Shown piece after piece: positions 1 through 7,967 of a stretch of 13,038 bases of DNA. Every line of letters begins with the position of its first letter. Position 1 is the stretch's first letter. The position numbers and the translations under genes are program-made. Under the pieces are notes generated by a model. That model was not told where the DNA came from. It saw nothing but the letters and a program-made list of their open reading frames with translations, and searched no databases. Origin of the DNA: Armatimonadota bacterium (GTDB taxonomy: Bacteria > Armatimonadota > Armatimonadia > Armatimonadales > Armatimonadaceae); the NCBI GenBank assembly GCA_043754515.1, contig JAYUUO010000109.1, positions 1-13,038 of the forward strand, given 5' to 3'.

Positions 1-1074
1 GGATCGGGCCGGACAACCCAGTACGCTTATGACAAGTTAGGGCGGCTCTCGACGGTCACGGACGCGGGAACCAACGCCACGACCTACGGCTACGACGAAC
101 TGGGTCACAAGACGAGCCAGACCGACGCGAACAACCACGTGACGAAGTTCGAGTACGACAACCGCGGACGGATGATTCGCACCGTTCGACCCGGCGGGCA
201 GACGAGTTCCGTCACGTACCGCTTGGACGGGCGCGTCGCGTCGCGCACCGACTACAACGGGCACGCCACGACATTCGCCTATGACGAACCGACCGGGCGG
301 CTCCTCTCCCGCACCGGCTACGACGGGTCCACCGTCGCCTACGCCTACTGGCAGGACGGCAGCAAGCGCAGTGCCACCAAGAACGGGCGCGCCGTGACGT
401 GGTACCACGACCTGCGCGGCAGGCCCACGCGGGTCGTCACGCCCTCCGGGATCGCGCTCGACTACACCTTCGACGAGAACGGCAACAAAACCAGCCTCTC
501 TACACCGACGGGAACCGTGCAATGGCAGTACGATGTCCTCAACCGGCTGACCATGATCATCCACCCCGACGGCAAGAAGACCACCTACGCTTACAACGCG
601 GTCGGGCTTCGCACCGGGTTGGTGCGGGCGAACGGGGTTTCTACCACCTACGGCTACGACAAAGGGGAGCGGCTCGTCGGCGTCAACAACTCCGTCGGCG
701 CGTCCTTCGCCTATGACCTCGACCCGGACGGTCGGCGCACCGCGCAGACCGACAGTTTGAACGGCACGACGGCCTACACCTACGACGCTTTGGGCAGACT
801 AGTCACGGAGAGCAACCCCCAGACCGGGAGCCGTTCCTACGCGTATGACGGCGTCGGCAACCGGACGCGGCTGACGGGCGCGGGGCACACCACGCTCTAC
901 CAGTACGACAGCGACGACCGGCTGCAAGCACTATTCCAGGACTTCAGTCCACTTCCCAGCGCGTCCTACGCTTACGACGGGAACGGCAACCTGACCGGTG
1001 TCACCCGCGCCGACGGCACGGGCCAGACCCTGCTAGCGGTACCCCGCCCCGAAACGGTTCACCGTTCGCCGTGA
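1..1074 (+). CDS. Rhs/YD-repeat protein, 5'-partial (runs off window edge) and C-terminally truncated (probable pseudogene)
   Basis: Frame 1 is open from base 1 (GSGRTTQYAYDKLGRLSTVTDAGTNATTYGYDELGH...) and carries many YD repeats (YDNRGR, YDVLNRL, YDALGRL, YDGVGNR, YDGNGNL). Repeats stop near 1032 and a non-Rhs tail LAVPRPETVHRSP* follows. No Rhs core (DPxG) or toxin domain. Confidence 0.9.
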   Translation, partial: GSGRTTQYAYDKLGRLSTVTDAGTNATTYGYDELGHKTSQTDANNHVTKFEYDNRGRMIRTVRPGGQTSSVTYRLDGRVASRTDYNGHATTFAYDEPTGRLLSRTGYDGSTVAYAYWQDGSKRSATKNGRAVTWYHDLRGRPTRVVTPSGIALDYTFDENGNKTSLSTPTGTVQWQYDVLNRLTMIIHPDGKKTTYAYNAVGLRTGLVRANGVSTTYGYDKGERLVGVNNSVGASFAYDLDPDGRRTAQTDSLNGTTAYTYDALGRLVTESNPQTGSRSYAYDGVGNRTRLTGAGHTTLYQYDSDDRLQALFQDFSPLPSASYAYDGNGNLTGVTRADGTGQTLLAVPRPETVHRSP

Positions 1075-1122
1075 CACCCGCGCCTCGACGGTACCCACCG
1101 CGCTGGCCTCCTAGCCGCTCAC

Positions 1123-2034
1123 CTAACCCGCCAGTAAGTCTTGCAACGCGCCGTCAATCTCGGGGAACCGGTAGGCGAACCCGAGCGACGCGGCCACGGT
1201 CGGTGCGACGCGCTGGCTGTACAGCAGGGCGTACGCGAAATCTCCCACCACCGCCTTGAGCGCGAACTCCGGCACCGACAGCACCGCCGGCTTGTGGTAG
1301 ACCCGCCCGATCGCGTGCGCCAGTTCCGCGCTGGTGACCGGGTTCGGCGCGACTGCGTTAAACACCCCACGTACCCCCGGCTCCGTCGCCGCCCAGATTA
1401 GCATCGAGACCAGATCGTCCCGGTGGACCCACGGCACCCACTGCCGCCCGCTCCCGAGCGGGCCGCCAAGTCCTATTTTGAAGGGCGAGATCGGCGAGCC
1501 GGGGGGGTAGAGCAGACTCTGGAGCGGGCCACCCCCTTGCCCCAGCACGATCCCTATGCGCGGCGTGACGACGCGACTCGGCGTTGTCGCGCGGTGTGCC
1601 TCGGCCTCCCACGCGACGCACACCTCAGCGAGGAAATCATCGCCGGGCGGGTCGGTCTCGGTGATGATGTCGTCGTGCCGGTCGCCGTAGTAGCCGACCG
1701 CCGACGCGCTGACCAGCACGCCGGTCGGTTGTGCGTCCACAATCCGCCGCGTGCTATTGACGCGCGATTCCAGCACCTTCGTCTTGAACGCGGACGTCCA
1801 ACGCTGGCCCGCAATCGGCTCGCCCGCGAGGTGAAATACCGTGTCCGCGTCCCGCGCCGCCTCCTGCCACTCGCCGTCGCCGCTCCAATCGAGGCAACGC
1901 ACCGCGTCACCCAGCGTCTCCCGCGCCCGCGCCGGATCGCGAGACAGGGCGGTAACCGTGTGGTGTTGCGCGAGAAGACGCGCGGTCAATGCCGTGCCGA
2001 TAAAGCCGGTCGCCCCGGTGATAACAGTTTTCAT
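1123..2034 (-). CDS. TIGR01777-family NAD-dependent epimerase-like oxidoreductase (YfcH-like, C-terminal DUF1731)
   Basis: Motifs MKTVITGATGFIG, HLAGEPI..RW, SASAVGYYG, FLAEVCVAWE, GGPLGSGRQWVPWVH, FNAVAPNPV, LLYSQRV.P. Start placed at ATG 2034 because family similarity begins there and an extended -10 lies just upstream. Confidence 0.93.
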   Translation of the reverse strand: MKTVITGATGFIGTALTARLLAQHHTVTALSRDPARARETLGDAVRCLDWSGDGEWQEAARDADTVFHLAGEPIAGQRWTSAFKTKVLESRVNSTRRIVDAQPTGVLVSASAVGYYGDRHDDIITETDPPGDDFLAEVCVAWEAEAHRATTPSRVVTPRIGIVLGQGGGPLQSLLYPPGSPISPFKIGLGGPLGSGRQWVPWVHRDDLVSMLIWAATEPGVRGVFNAVAPNPVTSAELAHAIGRVYHKPAVLSVPEFALKAVVGDFAYALLYSQRVAPTVAASLGFAYRFPEIDGALQDLLAG

Positions 2035-2041
2035 AGTGATG

Positions 2042-2050
2042 ATAGTAGCA
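2042..2050 (-). promoter_or_regulatory. Extended -10 promoter (TG-C-TACTAT), probable leaderless transcript
   Basis: Minus strand reads TGC TACTAT catcact ATG: 7 nt between the hexamer and ATG 2034, no Shine-Dalgarno. Confidence 0.6.
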
Positions 2051-2169
2051 GGTTTCGCCCCGATCATGGGCCGTTCTTGTACTAACGGCGCGTGCCGCGT
2101 CGGGTTCCCGCCCCATCACCCGCGGTGCCGAGAGGCGGGGGGCGATCCGCCCATAGCCCGGCAGAGAAC

Positions 2170-2883
2170 TCAGTCACTGCTCGGGGGGAACTCGGCGCGG
2201 GCGGCTTCGGGAACCGCCTCCCGGTTACCGTTCGTCTGCCAGAGCGCGTACGCGGCGAGATAGAACCGTTGCGCGGCGTCGGCGTCCGCGAACGCCTCGC
2301 GCGGGATTGCAAAGCAACCCGCCATGACCGGACTCATGATGAAAAAGATGTCGCCCCCGCCCCGGATTTCGATCCTGCCGAACCGCGCCCACTTGCACTT
2401 TCGTGTGACCCACATCTGGTCGTCCGGTATTCCTGCCGGGGTTAGTCGCGTCGTGCGCCGCTTCCCGAACAACCCCACGAGGCCCACCAATGGCGAGATG
2501 AAGATCGTCGCAATAGGCACCGGAACGCTCAAGATAAAGGAGAAGAGCAGGCTCGACCCGATGAAGGCGTACGCCAGCAGGATCAGCCCGTACCAGGGAA
2601 CAGTCGCGTAGTACCCGCGAAACGAGGGGGTAAATGCGACCGTCAAGGCCCCGACCAGACCCATCAGGAGTGATAATAATCCGAAGGAGGGGATGGCCCG
2701 CCAGAAGATGTAAAGGTTGATACGAAGGAAGGCGACGGCGGTCATCCGGTAGCGTGCCGTTAGAAGAACGTCGTCCGTGGGCGTGGTCGCCGCCCACGAC
2801 TGCGCGGCGGGCGCGGCAGTTCCAGGCTTGTCGAGCCACGGCAGGGGCGGCGTGTCGGGGTCGGGCGGGTCGGGCGACAACAT
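2170..2883 (-). CDS. Membrane protein with YcxB-like C-terminal domain (paralogue 1)
   Basis: Pro-rich N-terminus, several hydrophobic helices, then W..F.RIE...IFF......FAIPREAFAD, resembling YcxB (PF14317). Similar to the upstream gene at both ends. Confidence 0.7.
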   Translation of the reverse strand: MLSPDPPDPDTPPLPWLDKPGTAAPAAQSWAATTPTDDVLLTARYRMTAVAFLRINLYIFWRAIPSFGLLSLLMGLVGALTVAFTPSFRGYYATVPWYGLILLAYAFIGSSLLFSFILSVPVPIATIFISPLVGLVGLFGKRRTTRLTPAGIPDDQMWVTRKCKWARFGRIEIRGGGDIFFIMSPVMAGCFAIPREAFADADAAQRFYLAAYALWQTNGNREAVPEAARAEFPPSSD

Positions 2884-3677
2884 CGGTGTTTGAATAACGT
2901 TTGCGGGCGATCAAACGTTACGCGCTTACGGCGGCTTACCGTCGCCCGGTTCGGCACTGGGTGGGTCGGCGGGGTTAGTCCGTCAACGGGCGGTTCGGCA
3001 ACGGGGGCGAAGCGGGCGCGTACCGCGTCCGGCACGAGGCTCATGTCGCCGCGCGACCGCCACAGGACACGGGCGGCGTCCGCAAACTGTTTGGCCGCCT
3101 CCGGGTCGGCGAACGCCTTCCCTGGGATGGTGATTGGTGGCTTCCGATAGCGACCCATAAGAACGACCTCGCCCTCTCGGATCTCGCGCACATCCTTCCA
3201 TAGTAATGTCACGGCGAACTCGAACCGCAGTTCGGCACCGCGAGCGGAAAGCGTGATGTAGAACCGCTTCTGTCTGGACTTTCGCTCCGCCAGTCGCGTG
3301 ATCCCATAGAGCAGCAACCACATCCCCAGAAACATCCCAAGGGAGAGTAGAATAGCGTGGCGCACCGAGGCCGACACGATGTCATTCCACGAGGCCGCGA
3401 TTTGTTGGGCGATACGTGGGGAGGATCGTGCCGCGAAAAGCGCGATGATGATAAGGGACGATCCGGGGAAGAGTCCGACAGCCACCAGAGCGCATGCAAA
3501 GCCGCGCTAGTTGCGGCGGAACGGCGAAGTAAGGCTCGCGTAAAAGTCGGCTTTCACGAATGGGTAGGAGATGACAAGCGTGTCCGCCGATGAGGACCAT
3601 GTCTGGCGACTCGCCGCGCCGAGTTCGGTGCTCATCCAGGGGAGCGGGGCGGGTTCGTCTCCGGGTGGTGGCTTCAT
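2760..3677 (-). pseudogene. YcxB-like membrane protein (paralogue 2), interrupted by an in-frame TAG at codon 57, with a 3' run-on tail
   Basis: ATG 3677 (3 nt after the upstream stop) gives MKPPPGDEPAPLPWMSTELGAASRQTWSS...PFRRN*RGFACALVAVGLFPG, in frame with ORF 2760..3485; TAG at 3509-3507. PLPW...Q[ST]W and IP..AFAD..AA..F...A..LW...G....VP.A.RA.F.P are shared with paralogue 1. Confidence 0.75.
2895..2921 (-). promoter_or_regulatory. Perfect 9-bp inverted repeat / ECF-sigma-like promoter
   Basis: TAACGTTTG-N8-CAAACGTTA (2895-2920). On the minus strand it reads GTAAC-N17-CGTTA, ending 11 nt before ATG 2883. Confidence 0.45.
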
Positions 3678-3680
3678 GCC

Positions 3681-5525
3681 TCACCCCCCGCCCCGCACCC
3701 GAAAGACAGTAACCGAGCCATTCCGATGCGCCACCTCCAGAAACGACGGGAACCCGTCCCCGCTCCAGTCCACCCCGCTGAAGTACGGCAAGCCCGTTCG
3801 CTCGTTGATCAGCGCGTTGCCCTGCGCGTCTGTCAAGCCCGACTTTACCGCGTGCGCGTACAGGACATAGCGGATCGTCGGGTTTGCGGCGAGAAAGGCG
3901 CGCCGTTCGTCGTCCATGGTCGCGTCGCGGAAGAAGCGCGTCTGCTCCTTCAGTTTCTCCGCGAAACTCGCCGTCTCGCTCCAGTGGGCGCAGTACGCCG
4001 TCGCGGGGGAGTAGACAGGGACGTACACGCCGAGGTACGGCAGGAGCGCGGCGGCACCGTATTGTTGTGCCGTCGTGTCGGGACAGACCAGCACTGCCTC
4101 GCCCGGCTTCGCGTTGGTGCCGAGGTAGTGTAGCGCGTCCGCTTCGCCCTCAAGTAGGTACGGCCGGTTCTGCGTCCCTGACAGGTTACGCGGCAGATTC
4201 GCGGCGTCGCGCGTCAGAAATCGCAGGTTAGACGGCATGGTTACCAGCACCGCGAACAGGGCGGCGAGCGCGGGGAGCGAGCCGGAAAGCCTTCCGGTAA
4301 CGGCGGCGAGCGTCGCGCCCCCGGCGATGCAGAGCGGCAGGTGCGCCCCCATCAGGAGTTTGCGCTGGAACGACACGGGCGTGTACGCGATCACGACCGC
4401 GACCACCGCCCAGACCAGTAGCAGGCGCAGGGCGTCCGGCGCGAACCGGCGTTTCGCGCCGGGGAGTAGCGGCGCGGCGACGGTGAGCAGGAACGGCAGT
4501 CCGAACCCCGCGAGTACCCAGACGAGCGACGGGGACAGCGTGGACGTGGCGAAAACGCGGGCGTTGAACACGGCCTCGTTACGAATCGCCCAGAACTGGT
4601 ACCCGGCGGTCGGGAGCATGGCAAGCCCGATGACAGCCAGCCGCCCGTAGCCGGGAAGGTCGAGGCGACGCGCGCCGATGTCGGTCAGTACCCGGTACGT
4701 ACACGCGACGGCGAAAAGCTGCAATATGTCGTAGGAGTGGAAGTTGCCGAGCAAGAACCCGGCCACGCACGCGGGGAGCAGGTCGCGCGACTTGCCGCTT
4801 AGCTCCGCGCGGTAGAACGACGCGACGAACACCGCCATCAGCGCGAGCGCGGACGAGAACAGCGGCGAGTAATAGAGCGTCAGGAATGTGATCGCCTCCG
4901 GTTGCCAGCGGTCAATCGGCTGCTCGTAGGCGAAGCGCGGGGCGAAGTCGGAGCCGAACCCGAACCCGGACGCGAAGCACAGGAGCGCGAACGCGAGCAT
5001 TCGGGCGCGGTCGTCGGCAAGCAGCGTGACCACGAGCCGCCACAACGCCCACAGGAGTAGCCCGCCGAAGATGACGCGCGCCCCGGCATAGACCACCGGC
5101 GCGGCGAGGTGCGTCATGCGCCCGATGGTGCCGAGCAGAAAGAAGAACAGGTTGACCAGAAGCCCGCGCTGGGTCTCGGTCGTGAAATGGTTAGTAAAAA
5201 AGAAGTGGCCGTCCGCCGCCTGCCGGATCCAGGCTAGGTAGACCGCGCCGTCATCCTGATTGTAGGTCAGTCCCGTAAAGGTCGCGCCACGCGGCCCGCC
5301 GAAAAGCCCGAGCAGATACGGCAGGTTGGCACAAAGTAGCGCGGCGGCGGCGAGCAGAACCGCCCGGCGTGTCGTCGCTGTGTCCGCCTCTTTCGTCGGC
5401 GCATCCACGTCTTTTATAGGCTGGGCACGATCCGGTGTCGGTCCGGCACGATCCGGTGTCGGTTCGGCGCGGTCCGGCATCGGTCCGGCGCGGTCCGGCA
5501 CGGGGGAAATTCGGTCTGGAATCAC
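3681..5525 (-). CDS. Polytopic membrane protein, probable GT-C-fold glycosyltransferase-like
   Basis: 614 aa with roughly ten or more hydrophobic segments; first external loop has the acidic motif NQDDGAVYLAWIRQ; C-terminal soluble domain with EADALHYL and AHWSET. Architecture is typical of GT-C-like proteins; function inferred. Confidence 0.65.
   Translation of the reverse strand: MIPDRISPVPDRAGPMPDRAEPTPDRAGPTPDRAQPIKDVDAPTKEADTATTRRAVLLAAAALLCANLPYLLGLFGGPRGATFTGLTYNQDDGAVYLAWIRQAADGHFFFTNHFTTETQRGLLVNLFFFLLGTIGRMTHLAAPVVYAGARVIFGGLLLWALWRLVVTLLADDRARMLAFALLCFASGFGFGSDFAPRFAYEQPIDRWQPEAITFLTLYYSPLFSSALALMAVFVASFYRAELSGKSRDLLPACVAGFLLGNFHSYDILQLFAVACTYRVLTDIGARRLDLPGYGRLAVIGLAMLPTAGYQFWAIRNEAVFNARVFATSTLSPSLVWVLAGFGLPFLLTVAAPLLPGAKRRFAPDALRLLLVWAVVAVVIAYTPVSFQRKLLMGAHLPLCIAGGATLAAVTGRLSGSLPALAALFAVLVTMPSNLRFLTRDAANLPRNLSGTQNRPYLLEGEADALHYLGTNAKPGEAVLVCPDTTAQQYGAAALLPYLGVYVPVYSPATAYCAHWSETASFAEKLKEQTRFFRDATMDDERRAFLAANPTIRYVLYAHAVKSGLTDAQGNALINERTGLPYFSGVDWSGDGFPSFLEVAHRNGSVTVFRVRGGG
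5415..5519 (-). repeat. Coding 21-bp tandem repeat, 5 imperfect copies (PDRxxPx heptads)
   Basis: PDRISPV-PDRAGPM-PDRAEPT-PDRAGPT-PDRAQPI; plus-strand unit approximately GGCACGATCCGGTGTCGGTCC. Confidence 0.9.
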
Positions 5526-5530
5526 GCCCT

Positions 5531-5540
5531 ATAGTACCGC
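5531..5540 (-). promoter_or_regulatory. Putative -10 element (GCGG-TACTAT) just before the GTG start
   Basis: Minus strand GCGG TACTAT agggc GTG(5525); same hexamer as at 2042-2047. Confidence 0.45.
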
Positions 5541-5597
5541 GTTGGCGGCGGGGGCGGGGGGGCACCCGGTCTCTTTCGCCACGCAAAAACTTGTGAC

Positions 5598-5636
5598 GAA
5601 CCCTTCCCGTTCGCGTCTCGCGAACGGGAACGGTTC
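5598..5636. repeat. Strong intergenic hairpin (17-bp stem with one mismatch)
   Basis: GAACC-C-TTCCCGTTCGCG-TCT-CGCGAACGGGAA-C-GGTTC. Confidence 0.8.
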
Positions 5637-5699
5637 ATTGTCCGCTCGCCCGACCCCAGACCCCGAATGGCCGCCCGCCACCCCACGTGAGCCCCCGCG

Positions 5700-5764
5700 T
5701 GTCCGACCCTCCGCGCCCGCCTCCCACCGCCGGGCGAAACCCACGCGGAGGATTCATGCGGACA
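5700..5764. repeat. Nested inverted repeats (multi-stem structure)
   Basis: TGTCCG(5700-05)/CGGACA(5759-64) encloses CCTCCGCG(5708-15)/CGCGGAGG(5744-51), which encloses GGG-CGAAA-CCC(5732-42). Confidence 0.65.
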
Positions 5765-5855
5765 TACGGAGTCTAGAGTACACAGAGGCAATAGCCATCG
5801 GGTATACTGGGAACGCGGACGTGTTCGGTTAGGCGACGCGGTACCGTTTTGCACT

Positions 5856-6143
5856 GTGTTTTTACCGTTCTTGACGCCCGTTCCCGCGTTCGCGATGTCG
5901 CCCGCCCCGCGCCGGCGCGCCGCCACGAACCGTTCCGCCGATGATCGCCTGTTGTTCCGCGCCGGTGCCCGCTTCCCCCGCCCGCAGTGGGAGGAAGGAC
6001 CGCCCGAAGCGGCGGCGGGCGAGAAACCGCTGACCCCGACCGAACGCGCGATCTACATCGGGTTCGCTATCTGGGTCGGCATGACGTTCCTCGCGTTGTT
6101 CGCGGTGGTCGTCTTCATGCACACGCCGGGGAGCGCGAACTAG
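5856..6143 (+). CDS. Small hypothetical protein with one C-terminal transmembrane helix
   Basis: 95-aa ORF ending LTPTERAIYIGFAIWVGMTFLALFAVVVFMH; GC-rich third positions. Start uncertain (GTG 5856 or ATG 5895). Confidence 0.55.
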   Translation: MFLPFLTPVPAFAMSPAPRRRAATNRSADDRLLFRAGARFPRPQWEEGPPEAAAGEKPLTPTERAIYIGFAIWVGMTFLALFAVVVFMHTPGSAN

Positions 6144-6214
6144 GCCTTGCGAGCGTGAGCCAGATCGGGCGCGGCTACCGGGCGGATTCCGCATCAATGT
6201 CAGGAAATATTTCT

Positions 6215-7234
6215 ATGAAGAACTACAAAGTCGGTGTCGCCTCGCTCGTCCATGACCACGTTTGGGGCGAACTCGAACACTGGAAGGCGTTACCGAACGT
6301 CGAAGTCGTCGCTTGCGGCGACGTGAACCAGACGCTCCGGGAGCGGTTCGCCCGGAAGTTCCCCGCCGCCCGCGTCTACAACTCGTGGCGCGAGATGCTG
6401 ACCGCCGAATCCGGCACTCTGGACATCGTGCAATGCGCCGCCGAGAACAGCAACCACGCCGATATTATCGAAGCGTGCGCGGCGAGCGGTCTGCATGTCG
6501 TCTGTGAAAAGCCGATGGCGGCGACCCACGCGCAGGCGAAGCGCATGGCGGACGCGGCGGCGCGGCACGACATCCGCCTCCTGATCAACTGGCCCGTGGC
6601 GTGGGACCCGGCCTACCGGGAGTGGGAGCGGCGCATTCTGTCGGGCGAGATCGGCGACGTCCGGTATGTTCGGTACCGCTCCGCGCACAACGGCCCGCGC
6701 GAGATCGGTTGCGACCCGCACTTCGTCGAGTGGCTGTACGACGCCGAAAAGAACGGCGCGGGGGCGTATATGGACTACTGTTGCTACGGCGCGGCGATGT
6801 GCGCCCGACTTCTAGGGCGGGCGCGTCAGGTCACGGCGTTGCGCGGCGTGTTCGCCAAAGACTACCCGCTCCCCGATGACGCCGCCGTGCTAACCCTGCG
6901 GTACGCGCACGCGCTCGGCGTCGCGGAAGCGTCCTGGATACAGCCGTCCGCCATTCTCGGGCCGAACCCGGTCGCGTACGGCTCGCAAGGGAGCATAGGC
7001 GTGTCGGGGGGCGCGGTGGTGTCGCAACGGGAAGGGGACGAGACGCGCAGTATTCCGGCCCCGGCCACGGTCGCGCCGTACCGCTCCGCGCCGGAATATA
7101 TGATCCACTGTCTGGAGACGGGCGCGGCGATCGAGGGGATCTGCTCGCCGGAAACGTCGCTGATCGCGCAGGAGTCGCTGACGGCGGGGCTGATCGCGGC
7201 GGACACCGGCGCGGCGCAGACGCTGGAGAGTTGA
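6215..7234 (+). CDS. Gfo/Idh/MocA family oxidoreductase
   Basis: Rossmann-like start KVGVASLVHDH, family signature HVVCEKPMA, GEIGDV, GAGAYMDYCCYG. AGGA RBS upstream of ATG 6215. Confidence 0.92.
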   Translation: MKNYKVGVASLVHDHVWGELEHWKALPNVEVVACGDVNQTLRERFARKFPAARVYNSWREMLTAESGTLDIVQCAAENSNHADIIEACAASGLHVVCEKPMAATHAQAKRMADAAARHDIRLLINWPVAWDPAYREWERRILSGEIGDVRYVRYRSAHNGPREIGCDPHFVEWLYDAEKNGAGAYMDYCCYGAAMCARLLGRARQVTALRGVFAKDYPLPDDAAVLTLRYAHALGVAEASWIQPSAILGPNPVAYGSQGSIGVSGGAVVSQREGDETRSIPAPATVAPYRSAPEYMIHCLETGAAIEGICSPETSLIAQESLTAGLIAADTGAAQTLES

Positions 7235-7236
7235 CG

Positions 7237-7872
7237 ATGACGCTATTTCGGGTCGCTCTCATGGCGGTATCTTTGCTCGGTTTGGTGGCGTTCATCGCGG
7301 CGTCCCCCGGCCCTGTCGCACTCGCCGCGCCGCCCGCCGCTACCCGGAGCGGCGACGATGAGAACGGCACGCAGGTGGCGCGGATTCGGGCACGCTACAA
7401 CGCCGTGCAAGTCCGGGTCGCGGCGACGAAGCCCGGCCCAGACGGCGCGCCGGCGACCACAGGCTACCTTTGTGACGAACTACGGCTGAACGTGACCGAT
7501 CACGTGTACCCGGCGGTCGGCAACCTCCGGGAGCAACGCCGCTATTTTTACGAGGTGCCGTCGGGCGAAAGCCCGCTAAGCCTAAAGTGCCTGGTGTTCC
7601 TGACTATCCACAAAGAGGAGGCGAGCGCGATTGAGGACGAAGAGTACCTGCTCTCGGACACGGGATCGCTCCTGTTCTACTTCAATCGGCGCGGCAACAG
7701 CGGGGAGCGGACGGCGACGGAGATACGGATCTATTACCGGGACGGCGCGGTACTGCGGTTCGCGCGGGGCGGAGCCGCGAAAACGGTGCTGAGCGCGGAC
7801 GACAAACAGGCGGCTACAAGGACACTGTCGAGCGCGAAGGCGTTGGGGCGGGCGTTCGCGCTGGCGCATTGA
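7237..7872 (+). CDS. Secreted hypothetical protein
   Basis: GGAGAG RBS before ATG 7237; signal-peptide-like N-terminus ending ...PVALA-A; beta-rich body (EEYLLSDTGSLLFYF, EIRIYYRDG). Confidence 0.7.
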   Translation: MTLFRVALMAVSLLGLVAFIAASPGPVALAAPPAATRSGDDENGTQVARIRARYNAVQVRVAATKPGPDGAPATTGYLCDELRLNVTDHVYPAVGNLREQRRYFYEVPSGESPLSLKCLVFLTIHKEEASAIEDEEYLLSDTGSLLFYFNRRGNSGERTATEIRIYYRDGAVLRFARGGAAKTVLSADDKQAATRTLSSAKALGRAFALAH

Positions 7873-7915
7873 GTGAGTTTAAGTGGCTCGCCAGGATCGG
7901 GGCGGCGTGTATTCG

Positions 7916-7967
7916 TACCCCTCTCCCCCTGCCGCCCGCTGTGGTTGCCACACGGCGGAGAGGGGTA
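7916..7967. repeat. REP-like CCCCTCTCC/GGAGAGGGG hairpin element
   Basis: TACCCCTCTCC(7916-26)/GGAGAGGGGTA(7957-67) perfect 11-bp stem enclosing TGTGG-TTG-CCACA(7940-52); no U-tract. Confidence 0.65.

Noticed and set aside
5415..5519. CRISPR array
   Set aside because: The units are contiguous in-frame 21-mers with no unique spacers, and there are no cas genes.
5544..5562. G-quadruplex or phase-variable G-tract upstream of the GT-C-like gene
   Set aside because: G5 and G7 runs are short and common at this GC content; no independent support.
5987..6214. 76-aa N-terminal extension of the Gfo/Idh/MocA ORF
   Set aside because: It overlaps the small membrane-protein ORF in another frame; family similarity and the RBS point to ATG 6215.
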